DNA of 64,000 nt from Candidatus Yanofskybacteria bacterium (GTDB taxonomy: Bacteria; Patescibacteriota; Minisyncoccia; 2-02-FULL-40-12; GWA2-44-9), in contig JADLBM010000007.1 in the NCBI GenBank assembly GCA_020847715.1, positions 8,624-72,623 on the forward strand, read 5' to 3'. Below the pieces are notes generated by a model. The model made no database searches. It was given only the letters and a program-made list of their open reading frames with translations, and was not told where the DNA came from. The translations under genes were made by a program, and so were the position numbers. This document shows, piece after piece, positions 8,639 to 18,700 of this stretch (within the stretch, counting starts at the first letter, position 1; each line of letters starts with the position of its first letter).

Positions 8639-9208
8639 ATGAAGATTGGCCGTAAAATCTACGTCACCACCGCCGCCCAGTGGCGCGCGTGGCTCACTAA
8701 GAACCACGCGACCGCGCGTGAGGTGTGGCTCGTGTACTACAAGGTCGGAAGCGGGAAACCGCGCATCTCCTACAACGATGCCGTCGAGCAGGCGCTCTGC
8801 TTCGGCTGGATCGACAGCACCGCGAAATCCATCGACGCCCTCCGCTTCGCCCAGCGCTTCTCGCCACGCCAGGACCCCACGAACTGGTCGCAACACAACA
8901 TCGAGCGCATGCACCGCATGATTGCGTCCAAGCAGATGACCCCAGCGGGGTTGGCCGCATTCAAGCACCACACGCCACTCTCAAAAACGAAACGGCTCGT
9001 CCTCGCTCCCGATGTGAAAGCTGCGCTCACCCGAGACCCTGCGGTCTGGCGCGCATTCATGGCATTCCCCGCGTCCTACCGGCGCATCCGTATCGCCGCC
9101 ATCGAACACTATCGGGCACGCGGTGCTGCCGCGTTTACCAAGCGCCTCGCTCACTTCGTCAAAAGAACAAAGGCCGGAAAGCGCATCGGTTTCGGCCACG
9201 GAGAATAA
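8639..9208 (+). CDS. YdeI/OmpD-associated family protein
   Basis: WRAWLTKNH, YNDAVEQALCFGWIDS, FSPR, MTPAGLAA. Confidence 0.92.
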   Translation: MKIGRKIYVTTAAQWRAWLTKNHATAREVWLVYYKVGSGKPRISYNDAVEQALCFGWIDSTAKSIDALRFAQRFSPRQDPTNWSQHNIERMHRMIASKQMTPAGLAAFKHHTPLSKTKRLVLAPDVKAALTRDPAVWRAFMAFPASYRRIRIAAIEHYRARGAAAFTKRLAHFVKRTKAGKRIGFGHGE

Positions 9209-9240
9209 GAAACGACCCTGTGAGGGGCCGTTTCTGTATG

Positions 9241-9405
9241 CTAGCCAGTGAGCTTCGTTTCCTTGTGCGGCGTGCGCTTCTTGCACTTCGAGCAGAACTT
9301 CATATATTCGAGCTTCCGCTCCACCTTCTTTTTGTTCTTGGTGGTGTAGTAGTTCGCGCTCTTGCACTTCTGGCACTTCATGCGAAGGAGATTGTCTTGA
9401 GACAT
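9241..9405 (-). CDS. rpmG: 50S ribosomal protein L33 (Zn-ribbon type), not in the ORF track
   Basis: MSQDNLLRMKCQKCKSANYYTTKNKKKVERKLEYMKFCSKCKKRTPHKETKLTG*. Confidence 0.96.
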   Translation of the reverse strand: MSQDNLLRMKCQKCKSANYYTTKNKKKVERKLEYMKFCSKCKKRTPHKETKLTG

Positions 9406-9524
9406 AGAGGTAGATTAGCCCGCGTACTGTAGCACAAACCGTTCAATTTGTGAAGTCCTTCGTGCCTATGCACTCAGGACACTTTGCCAGCCACCCCCCT
9501 CAACCACGAGGGAGTGGCAACGTG

Positions 9525-9597
9525 AGCCGTTGGTCGGAATCGAACCGACGACCTACTCCTTACCATGGAGTTGCTCTACCATCTGAGCTACAACGGC
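9525..9597 (-). tRNA. trnT: tRNA-Thr (GGT)
   Basis: GCCGTTGTAGCTCAGATGGTAGAGC...CTCC-ATGGTAA-GGAG...GGTTCGATTCC. Confidence 0.95.
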
Positions 9598-9622
9598 GCT
9601 GCGTACCAAATCAAGAACCGAG

Positions 9623-9706
9623 TGGGGGCGGTAGGATTCGAACCTACGTAGGCCAAAGGCCGACAGATTTACAGTCTGTTGTGATTGACCACTCCACCAC
9701 ACCCCC
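9623..9706 (-). tRNA. trnY: tRNA-Tyr (GTA)
   Basis: ACAGA-CTGTAAA-TCTGT anticodon arm, long variable arm, GGTTCGAATCC. Confidence 0.95.
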
Positions 9707-9752
9707 ATTTTCAACGCCCAATCTGCTCTCTACTCTGCCGAAACTGCCGGTG

Positions 9753-9824
9753 AGCCGGGGGTCGGGATTGAACCGACGACCTACTGTTTACAAAACAGTT
9801 GCTCTACCACTGAGCTACCCCGGC
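9753..9824 (-). tRNA. trnT: tRNA-Thr (TGT)
   Basis: GCCGGGGTAGCTCAGTGGTAGAGC...ACTGT-TTTGTAA-ACAGT...GGTTCAATCCC. Confidence 0.95.
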
Positions 9825-9876
9825 CGGCGGATAGCCAGACTATTATACCTCAAAACACCCAGAAATCAAACGCCAC

Positions 9877-10524
9877 CTACTCTCCCTGCGCAACCGCGGC
9901 GGCGGCATCTTTGTCAGCTTGCTCCCGACGGCGACGAGCTCGCTCAAGTCGCTTGGCAAGCTGTTCATCGTCAGGAGTCAACTTGGCTGCCGCCTCCAAC
10001 GCCTCAACGGCATCGGGGTAGTTCTGCAATCGGAGGTACACCCGCGCGAGGTCGCTGTAGAGTTGGGCATCCTTTGGATTCTGAGCGATTGCCACGATGA
10101 GCCGCTGCTCCTCCTGTCGAAGCTGTTCGGGATCGTCCATATCAATCTCATCGGTGTCGGTCTCTTCCTTTGCCTTCTCCAATTCCTGCGCAATCTCAAT
10201 GCGCTCCTGCTGCTTGGCCGTCTCTTGATGCACGCGCCGTACGCTGCGGATAACCTTGTCGGACGCACGATCGAGCGCCGACATCAGCAGGCGCCCACGC
10301 CGGAGGAGCTTCTCGAACTCGACGAGCACCGTGTGCACGTACTGACGCCACGGAATCGTGCTGACCCGCTCCACAACCTCCGGTGCGAAGTCGTGGAAGA
10401 TGGTCGTACCGACCTCGTGCGCTTCGGGCGTTAGCTTGCGCAGGTACGGCATTTTCCGCCATACAATGACGGCCGCCCCGATGAAGGCGACGAAGGCAAG
10501 TGACAGCGGGATGATGAGAAACAC
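9877..10524 (-). CDS. Membrane-anchored TPR protein
   Basis: N-terminal TM; TPR AIAQNPKDAQLYSDLARVYLRLQNYPDAVEALEAAAKLTP. Confidence 0.8.
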   Translation of the reverse strand: MFLIIPLSLAFVAFIGAAVIVWRKMPYLRKLTPEAHEVGTTIFHDFAPEVVERVSTIPWRQYVHTVLVEFEKLLRRGRLLMSALDRASDKVIRSVRRVHQETAKQQERIEIAQELEKAKEETDTDEIDMDDPEQLRQEEQRLIVAIAQNPKDAQLYSDLARVYLRLQNYPDAVEALEAAAKLTPDDEQLAKRLERARRRREQADKDAAAAVAQGE

Positions 10525-10527
10525 GGC

Positions 10528-10989
10528 TTAGCCGATAACGAGCACCGAAACACCGGCGAGCTGAATATTCTCGCCGAGCTTGGCAATCGCCTGGTTGATG
10601 ACATCCTGTACCGAGAGCGACGGGTCTTTCACGAACGGCTGAGTAAGCATCTCCGCAGCATCCGTAGGACGCATCGCGCTAGCGTGCATTGCCAGATCGC
10701 GCGCGAGTGCTTTGAAGTCGTCGTTGCGCGCAACAAAATCGGTCTCACAGCCGAGCTGGACCATAGCGCCGATCTTCCCCGTGCTGTGTACATAGGAACC
10801 GATGGCGCCGTCCTTGACCTCGCGCTCGGACTTTTTCGCCGCGGCCGCGCCTGCCTGTGAACGCAGCACGTCGAGTGCGCGCTCTTTATCGCCTCCCGCC
10901 TCGTCGAGGGCTTTCTTGATCTTGTCGAATGAGAGTCCGGTCTCGTCGCGAAGCTCCTTGATCAGTTCAACAGTGCTCATAGATTCCAA
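10528..10989 (-). CDS. tsf: Elongation factor Ts (short form)
   Basis: LIKELRDETG, IGSYVH, CETDFVARN, KLGENI. Confidence 0.96.
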   Translation of the reverse strand: MESMSTVELIKELRDETGLSFDKIKKALDEAGGDKERALDVLRSQAGAAAAKKSEREVKDGAIGSYVHSTGKIGAMVQLGCETDFVARNDDFKALARDLAMHASAMRPTDAAEMLTQPFVKDPSLSVQDVINQAIAKLGENIQLAGVSVLVIG

Positions 10990-10998
10990 TATACACCA

Positions 10999-11697
10999 CT
11001 ACGCCGCCTGCGTCTGCAGATTGTCGCGGATAGCGCCGACGATGAGGTCGACGGACTTCTTGGAGCGGTCGTTCGCCGGAATGACCTGCAAGAGGCCTGC
11101 CGGATTGGCATCGGTATTCGCGATGGAAATAACCTTCACTCCCATCTTCACGGCTTCATGGATTGCGAGCGCTCCCTCCCGAACAGATGCCACGACAACC
11201 AAGTCCGGCATGCGAACAAGCTTCTTCAGCCCTTCGAAGTTGCGCTTCATCTCGATGAGCTCACGGCTCAGCTCAAGCTGCTCCTTCTTGGTGTACTTCT
11301 CCCAGCGTCCTGCGGCTTTGTCTTCCTCGAGCTGGATGAGTCGCTTCACGCGGGTGTTGATGACCTTGAAGTTCGTCAGCGTACCACCCAGCCAGCGATC
11401 CATGACATACGGCATATTCGCCGCATCAGCGAGTGCGCGCATGGATTCCTGCGACTGCTTGGTCGGAGCAACGAACAGCACCAAACCGCCCTCTTGCAGG
11501 GTCTTGTTGAGCGCATCAATGGCGGCACGAAGTGCCGTCTGGGTCTTCAGGAGGTCGATGAGGCAGATGCCGTCACGGACCGAGAACACGTACTGCCCCA
11601 TCTTGGGGTTGAATACGGTGCGCTTGCGGCCGAAGTGCATACCGGCCTGCAGCATATCTTCGTACGGAATCAACAAGTCCTTTTCGCTATCAGTCAT
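10999..11697 (-). CDS. rpsB: 30S ribosomal protein S2
   Basis: MLQAGMHFG, RWLGGTLTNF, IPAND. Confidence 0.98.
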   Translation of the reverse strand: MTDSEKDLLIPYEDMLQAGMHFGRKRTVFNPKMGQYVFSVRDGICLIDLLKTQTALRAAIDALNKTLQEGGLVLFVAPTKQSQESMRALADAANMPYVMDRWLGGTLTNFKVINTRVKRLIQLEEDKAAGRWEKYTKKEQLELSRELIEMKRNFEGLKKLVRMPDLVVVASVREGALAIHEAVKMGVKVISIANTDANPAGLLQVIPANDRSKKSVDLIVGAIRDNLQTQAA

Positions 11698-11840
11698 ATG
11701 GGTCGTGCTCGGTGCCGTGCACTATCTGGCGCGTCTCTGGTCCCAGGGGGCCCACACGCCGCACTACCGAACAAATCAATTATTACGCCGGAATAGCATA
11801 GCAAAAGAAGTGGGACTTGGCAATCCCCACGCCCCAACCG

Positions 11841-12818
11841 CTAATCCCGATCCTGAGACGGTTTTGTAGCGCATTCCAGCGGGTAGAGCTGGAATCGCTC
11901 GATATCGACGCTCCCACCGGACTGCGAGCTCACCCACCCGAGCGCAACACCGTAGATTCTGCGCTCCTTCACGGGAACCGTGCTCGTCGGGACACTCACC
12001 CGTACCCACGATTGGCCATCGGCCCGCATGTACATGTTCCCCGCGGGAGTCACATACCAATCGATGTCGACCATGCGGTCAGGCCACTGGAGCGGCTGGC
12101 CCAGCGGGAACACCTGTGTGTTCCCTACGTTGAGATTATCATGGTGGTACGCCGCCCCTCCAAAGACCGGATACGGCGGCGGAGTGACACCGATAGGATT
12201 CTGCCGTGCGGTCGCGCCGACTGTGAGATCCCGCGTCCATGTTCCATCGGCAGGCCATTGCGACGAATTGTACCCTCCAACCAGCATGACTGGCGCATTC
12301 GCGGAACACCCCGAACATGTGAAATACGGCTCAACCTTGAACAGATTTGCGCGCATACGCCCCGCGAATGCGGTTATTGGCTGAGCGAACCGCTTCATAA
12401 GCACCCGCTCGTAGGTGTGCTCCCCTGCAGGACCACCCGTTACCCGAAGCGCCCATGACCGCGAGAATGAGAACCAGTTGCGAGACGACGAGAGCGGAAC
12501 GAGGGAAAGATATTCGCCGTTGCGGATATCAGGCAACACCCCGCCCGCGGTCAAATCGGTGCCGTTCCGCCATCGTGCGCTCAGGAGCATCGGACACGAG
12601 AACGGCGCTCGGCAGACCTCTTCAGTCGAACAGAACATGCCGGAAGGACACGCCGCATCACTGGAGCACTGAATATCCACGAGAGCAGTGCTCGCGCTCC
12701 CCTGCGAGAAGCCAATGTCGTCATGCCTCCAGAGCACCGCGCCAAATACAACCGACACCAGCAGGAGGACACCTCCTGACCGGAGCGACCACAGGGCCAT
12801 CCAGCGCATGCGCTTCAT
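11841..12818 (-). CDS. Hypothetical membrane-anchored or secreted protein with Cys-rich module and beta-rich domain
   Basis: TM followed by [19 protein letters not shown]. Confidence 0.6.
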   Translation of the reverse strand: MKRMRWMALWSLRSGGVLLLVSVVFGAVLWRHDDIGFSQGSASTALVDIQCSSDAACPSGMFCSTEEVCRAPFSCPMLLSARWRNGTDLTAGGVLPDIRNGEYLSLVPLSSSRNWFSFSRSWALRVTGGPAGEHTYERVLMKRFAQPITAFAGRMRANLFKVEPYFTCSGCSANAPVMLVGGYNSSQWPADGTWTRDLTVGATARQNPIGVTPPPYPVFGGAAYHHDNLNVGNTQVFPLGQPLQWPDRMVDIDWYVTPAGNMYMRADGQSWVRVSVPTSTVPVKERRIYGVALGWVSSQSGGSVDIERFQLYPLECATKPSQDRD

Positions 12819-12910
12819 ATGCCCCCAGTGTACCACACCGTCTGAGCCGGCCGCCCGCTCCCCTGTGGAATCTGGACAAAGAAGCCCCAAACTGCTATAC
12901 TGCAAGAACT

Positions 12911-13132
12911 ATGAAAGCCGATATCCACCCCGTCTATCACGACAAGGCAAAGATCTCCTGCGCATGCGGGAACAGCTTTACCGTGGGCAGCACCCAGGAA
13001 AAGCTCGATGTCAGCATCTGCTCCGCGTGCCACCCGTTCTACACCGGCACCGAAAAAATCGTCGACACCCGCGGTCGCGTTGACCGCTTCAAGAAGCGCC
13101 TCGCAAAGAGCGCTGGTACCCCGAAAAAGTAA
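12911..13132 (+). CDS. rpmE: 50S ribosomal protein L31
   Basis: MKADIHPVY...CACG...[10 protein letters not shown]...GRVDRFKKR. Confidence 0.98.
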   Translation: MKADIHPVYHDKAKISCACGNSFTVGSTQEKLDVSICSACHPFYTGTEKIVDTRGRVDRFKKRLAKSAGTPKK

Positions 13133-13174
13133 CGGCACGAGCCGCCGCGAGGCGGCTTTTGCATTGTCTCCGTC

Positions 13175-14017
13175 ATGTCGGACAACCACAACGACAATCA
13201 GGTCCACGACTGGCGCTACTGGGCCGAAATGGGAAAGAAGCAGAAGGCCGCCGAAGGAGGCTCTACCGCCCCCGGCAATGAGGCCATCGTTGAAATCCGA
13301 CCCGGCGCCGGCGGTGATGAGGCGGCGCTGTTCGCCATGGAGTTGTACCAGATGTACTGCAAGTATGCGGCGCTCAAGGGATGGCGCACCTCGACCATCG
13401 ACTCCAATGAAACATCCCTCGGCGGATTGAAGTACATTTCATTCGAGATGTCCGGCGCCGGAGCCTACGACGCCATGAAGAACGAATCGGGCGTACACCG
13501 TGTCCAGCGCGTCCCCGACACTGAAAAATCCGGCCGCGTCCATACCAGCACCGTTACGGTCGCAGTCCTCAAGAAAGCAACCGAGCAGGAAGTAAACATC
13601 AACCCCAACGATATCGAGGTCACCTTCTCGCGCGCAGGCGGCCCGGGCGGCCAGAATGTGAACAAGGTGGAAACTGCCGTCCGCGTCCATCACAAGCCCA
13701 GCGGCATCGTGATTTCCGCACGCGAAGAGCGCTCCCAGCTGGCGAACCGCGAACGAGCCATGGAAGTGCTCCGCACCAAGCTCGCAGAGCTCCACCGCCT
13801 CGAGCAGACTGGCAATGTCACCGAAGAGCGGCGCAAGCAGGTTGGCACGGGCGACCGGAGTGAGAAGATTCGTACCTACAACTTCCCACAGGACCGTATC
13901 ACCGACCATCGTATCAAGGAGAGCTGGAGCAACATCCCGAAGATCCTCAACGGAGATTTCGACCGCATTGTGGTTGCCTTGCAGGAAGGCCTGAAGGATG
14001 GTAGTACGGCTGCATGA
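13175..14017 (+). CDS. prfA: Peptide chain release factor 1, lacking N-terminal domain 1
   Basis: [22 protein letters not shown] (PxT), [16 protein letters not shown]; follows rpmE. Confidence 0.93.
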   Translation: MSDNHNDNQVHDWRYWAEMGKKQKAAEGGSTAPGNEAIVEIRPGAGGDEAALFAMELYQMYCKYAALKGWRTSTIDSNETSLGGLKYISFEMSGAGAYDAMKNESGVHRVQRVPDTEKSGRVHTSTVTVAVLKKATEQEVNINPNDIEVTFSRAGGPGGQNVNKVETAVRVHHKPSGIVISAREERSQLANRERAMEVLRTKLAELHRLEQTGNVTEERRKQVGTGDRSEKIRTYNFPQDRITDHRIKESWSNIPKILNGDFDRIVVALQEGLKDGSTAA

Positions 14018-14529
14018 CCAGTCAGCCGCCGCTCCTCGATCCCATCGGCCCAGCACTTCCGGGTCCACTCTTCACTCCCCGCCCCGGATGGGGCGGCAAG
14101 CTTCGCATCTGGTTCTCGGAACACGCATACCTTCTCGTATTCCGCCTCGTCGTCGTGTGCGCCCTCGTCCTCATTGTGCGTTCGTTCTGGGTAGCGCGCA
14201 CCCCGCAGGAGGCGGAGCGTTCTCCAGTACCCCGCGCACCCGTGGAGAGCGTTTTCGTACTGACCGCCCAATCCGGTGACGGCATCACCACACTCGCTGC
14301 TCATGCCATCGACCTCCGTCTCGCCGCAGGACCGGCGGCGCTCCGCTTAGACGGCGCCCAGCATCTCTTCGCCGTCGACTCGCTTGCCCGCCTCGCTGGA
14401 TGGGCACCGCTCTCCGTTGGCCAAGAAGTCCGCTTCGAATCGTCCGACATCACCACCACTATCCTCCACGCACTCACCCTCCCTCCACACCAGCACGCCG
14501 CATGGGAGCGCGTACTCCGCACGCGTTGA
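14014..14529 (+). CDS. Hypothetical membrane-anchored protein
   Basis: ATGA overlap with prfA; single TM. Confidence 0.6.
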   Translation: MTSQPPLLDPIGPALPGPLFTPRPGWGGKLRIWFSEHAYLLVFRLVVVCALVLIVRSFWVARTPQEAERSPVPRAPVESVFVLTAQSGDGITTLAAHAIDLRLAAGPAALRLDGAQHLFAVDSLARLAGWAPLSVGQEVRFESSDITTTILHALTLPPHQHAAWERVLRTR

Positions 14530-14577
14530 CGCTATTAAGTAGAAGTGGTACGTTCAGCCTCTCTCAGGAGGACGTAG

Positions 14578-14895
14578 ATGAAACGAGTCGCGCTTATTGC
14601 CAAGATTACCAGCGGCGATGCCGAGGCGGAGACACCTCTCCCGAACAAGGTGGAGGTCCTCTACTGCGGAGCATGCAACGGCCGCATTCGGCTGAGCAGC
14701 AGCCAGCGCCGCTTCTGCCCTACGTGCGGGACGAGCGATGACGGCGCACCGGTGAAGCTGGTCCTGTGTTGTGACGAATGCAAAAAGCCGCTCGCGGCCC
14801 TCAACGGAGGCGGATACCACTGCCTCTCCTGCAACTTCTCACCGTCCATGCAGGATCTCTGCTTCGAACACATCGAAAAGGTCACGTTCTCGTAG
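14578..14895 (+). CDS. Small double zinc-ribbon protein
   Basis: Four CxxC pairs (CGAC, CPTC, CDEC, CLSC); SD AGGAGG. Confidence 0.7.
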   Translation: MKRVALIAKITSGDAEAETPLPNKVEVLYCGACNGRIRLSSSQRRFCPTCGTSDDGAPVKLVLCCDECKKPLAALNGGGYHCLSCNFSPSMQDLCFEHIEKVTFS

Positions 14896-14971
14896 CAAGC
14901 AAGCCCACCTCGGTGGGCTCTTTTTATAGCAACAACCCCGCAGATGCGGGGTTGTTGGTTGAGTACAGAGA

Positions 14972-15676
14972 CTACTCCTTCGCCTCGGCGGGAGCGGCTT
15001 CGGCTCCTTCCTCGCCCTCCTCGGTAGGCTTCTCTTCCTTCTTGATTTCCTCCACGGCCGACACATCGGTGGTGGGGGCAGCGAGTTCGGCTTCGAGTTC
15101 GGCTTCGGACTTCGGCTCCTGAACGGTTGCGACAATCTCATCGGCACCGCCGACGAGGACCGCATCGTTGACCTTCACATCACCGAGCGTAATCTGATCG
15201 CCAAAGCTCTTCAGCGAGCTGATGTCGACGGTAATCTCATGCGGAAGATTCTGCGGGAGCGCCTCTACTTCAAGCTCGTTCACATTACGAACGAAGATGC
15301 CCTTGAGTTCCTTGACTGCGGGGCTTTCACCAACGAACACGACCGGCACCATCGCCTTAATCTTCTCGGTGAGAGACACCTTGTAGAAGTCGGCATGGAG
15401 CGCGGAGCCGGAGAGCGCGTCGCGCGCGACATCCTTGATGATGGTCGGGTAGGACTTACCGCCGACATTCAGGTAGACCAGCGTGGATTCTCCCGCCTTG
15501 CGGAAAATACCGTCGAACTCCTTGAGCGGAACCTGAAGATTCATGGCTTCCTGCCCTTTTCCATACAGTACTGCCGGCATAACACCGGTGGAGCGAAGGT
15601 TGCGAACGGCGCTTCCCACGACTTCACGGGTCGTGGCTTCGAGCTCTAGTTTCGTTGCGGTTGTGTGCTTGGTCAT
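14972..15676 (-). CDS. rplY: 50S ribosomal protein L25 / general stress protein Ctc
   Basis: LRSTGVMPAVLYG, LHADFY, VEALPQNLP, acidic tail. Confidence 0.96.
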   Translation of the reverse strand: MTKHTTATKLELEATTREVVGSAVRNLRSTGVMPAVLYGKGQEAMNLQVPLKEFDGIFRKAGESTLVYLNVGGKSYPTIIKDVARDALSGSALHADFYKVSLTEKIKAMVPVVFVGESPAVKELKGIFVRNVNELEVEALPQNLPHEITVDISSLKSFGDQITLGDVKVNDAVLVGGADEIVATVQEPKSEAELEAELAAPTTDVSAVEEIKKEEKPTEEGEEGAEAAPAEAKE

Positions 15677-15762
15677 AGGAGAAATAGTCATGCCAGTGTA
15701 CCACGGAACCGAAAAAACGCAATACCCCGCCCGACACGCGGGCGGGGTAGCGTCAGACTAGC

Positions 15763-18700
15763 TTAGCGCTCGTCCTGAGAGCGGCGGAAGAACCACCACC
15801 AGATAAGAATCGCCAGCAGAATGAGAAGCAGAATCCACCACGGGAACGACACGCCGAAGAGCTGACCGATGGCCGCAACTTGGTTATTGCCGGAACCATC
15901 ATCAACGGCCGATGGCGTGGGAGTTGCCGATGCTGACGAGGTACCCCCAAGTTCATCGCCTGCCAGGCCGCCGAGCGTTGCATCGTTCACTCCACCGCCC
16001 TGGCCACCTCGGCCGCCACCGGTCGGAGGAACGGGGGTCGGAGTCGAGCCGCCGCCAGTCGAGCCGCTCTGGCCACCGGAAGGGGGCGGGGTTGTCGTCG
16101 GTGTCGGGGTCGGGCTGTAGATAATGCCGCCACCGCCTCCACCGCCACCATTATCAGAACCAAGTGATGTATTCGTCGGCGTAGGACTCGGCGAAGGCGA
16201 CCCCTCAATATCCCCATCATCACTGTGGTAGGTGTTGGTAATCGTGCAGGTTGCTTCGTCGCCCGATGAGAGCGAGACGCCGCCCTGCCAGCACGCCTCA
16301 TCATACGATGCGACATAGCTCGCAAGATTCGGCGACTCGGTGATGTCGTGATCACCGGCCGCAATCGTGTACCACTGGTTGTGGGTCACCAGCATGCTGT
16401 CGACGTAGAGCGAAAAGTCGGACGAGGCGAGCTCACCGAACGCGCCGTTCACAACAACCTTCCGAACGCGGAGGAGCGGAGAGACCTCCCCTTCGCCGTC
16501 ACACCATCCTGCGGACTCGTCATGAGATGCCGATGTCTGGAACGGAATGGTCGAACCGTATTCATCTCCCGACGGAACCGTCGCCTGTACCATCAGCTGC
16601 TCACCCGGATGTTCACCGGTCTCAATGTAGACCGACTCACCCGCCGGAACGATACCGTATCCGCTCTCGCCGGGACCCGAGCTGATGGTCCAGTCGAAGG
16701 CCAGCGGGAAATCGTTCGGATTGTAGATGCGCCAGCGCCAGGTCCCTTCCACATCGTTACTGCAGACCGAGCTCACTTCCAAGTACTGCGTCGGAATGAC
16801 CTCTGTGCTGTGGTTCCCAAAGTCTAAGCCGCTCACCGGCTGACCCTCCGGCACCACCGAATGACACCCCGGAGCCGCAGGGTAGGTCTGCACCCAGCCC
16901 TCCTGCTGCGCCTCGCAGACGAGCACCTCCTGCGTTGCGCTTGAGATATCAATGGAGTAGTTGCCGTAGCCATCTGTCGTGTCAGTACCAATGAAGCGGT
17001 AGAGCTTCACGGTCAGCGAGCCATAGTTGTCGCCATACCAGCTCGGGTTGACCGTATTGCTCGCCGCATCACCGTCGAAGATGCGGAAGTTCACAGTTCC
17101 TCCCGACGAAGTGAATGTACGCGCGTAGGCGTGGCTATCGGTGTATGCACCCCAATCGCCGAACTGCTGGGCAATCTGGAGCTCGAGGATGCCATCACCG
17201 TAGCCCGTGAAGCCGTCCATATGCGATGCCCACGTGTCTTCGGTCGAGTACTCGGTATCCACGAGGTTGAGCGGCGAACGGCGATTCTCCCAAGTGCCCG
17301 TCGCAACTGCGAGGTACTCGCCCGCAGGAAGCTCGGAGCTGTTGATGCCTGCGGGGTCAGATGACGGAACCGTCAATGTTTCAACATACTCGTAGGCGTT
17401 GATGGTCCAGTCCGCCAATCCGGCATCCTCCTCACCCTTCTGTCCGTCGCCGTTGTGGTCGCTGAACTTCTGGCCGGAAACCGTTGGCGACGGTGTCGGC
17501 ACCGGATCCGGACCGTCGTTCACGATGGTGAAGGTCTCCTGCGAGCTTTCCACCGCAACCGATGTGAGGCCGCTCATATTCGTCCATCCGTCCTGTTGAA
17601 CCTCATCCACCGTGTAGTTTCCCAACGGAACGCCCTCGAAGGTCGCGCACCCGTTCTCACCGCCGGTCGTACCGAGGTAGCCGGGGTAAATATCAACGGT
17701 AAGACTACCTTCGTTGTTCTGTGGGTATACATCGTTCAGCGTGAATGCCACCGCACTTCCCGTACCCGTGAACGGGATGGCGTAGGTGTGCCCGCTGAAG
17801 TAGGAACCCCAGTCGGGTGAAGCGCCGTTGACCTGCAGGTCAAGCAGCTCCGCTCCATAACTCTCATAGTTCTGTACCAGGTCGGTCCATGTCGTGTTCG
17901 GCGCGCGCACTGAGTACTTCGCATCCGCAGTGATGCCATCGTTCGCCCAGTAGGTGCCGTGCGCAACGAGCACATACGACTCGCCGCTCGTGAGCGCCGT
18001 CGAAGAGGAGACCGCAATCGGAGTGCCGCTTCCGCTGTACGCGGGCACGGTGACGGTTTCCAGTTTCTTGCCCAGTAGCATGACGCGCCATCCGGCCTGC
18101 GGGACTTCATCTTCATCCAACTTACATACATTCACGGTTGCCGCGATGGGGTCAGGACCGTCGTTCACGATGGTAAAGGTCTCCTGCGCATCGTCCACGG
18201 TCGCCTCGCCAAGACCGCTCACATTGACCCAGCCATCCTGCTGGATTTCGTCAACCGTGTAGCCGCCTCGAGGAACATTGTTGAACACCGCACATCCATT
18301 CTCGCCGCCGGTCGTGCCGAGGTGACCCTCATAGATATCAACGGTCAGCATCCCGCTATTGTCGCCGTAGGCACTATCGAGGATGCGGAAGTCTACCGGA
18401 CCACCGGCCGTCGTATACGCCTGCGCATAGCGGTGGTTCGTGTTAAAGATATCGCCCCAGTTGTGCACGGTCTGCCCACCTACCAGCAAGCTCAAGTATC
18501 CCGTCCACGGAGCGGCAAAGGTGTTGCCGTTCGCCCACGGCGCGTAGGCGCCAAGCGTGTTGCCGGTGTAGTATCCGGTCTCTCCCGCCTGCCGCTTCGA
18601 GAACGCCGCATCAGCGTCGGTCGCATTCGGATCGCTCGGGCGATACGAATAGGTGCCGTTCGCGATGAAGACATAACTCCCCGATGCGAGCGAGTCCGAC

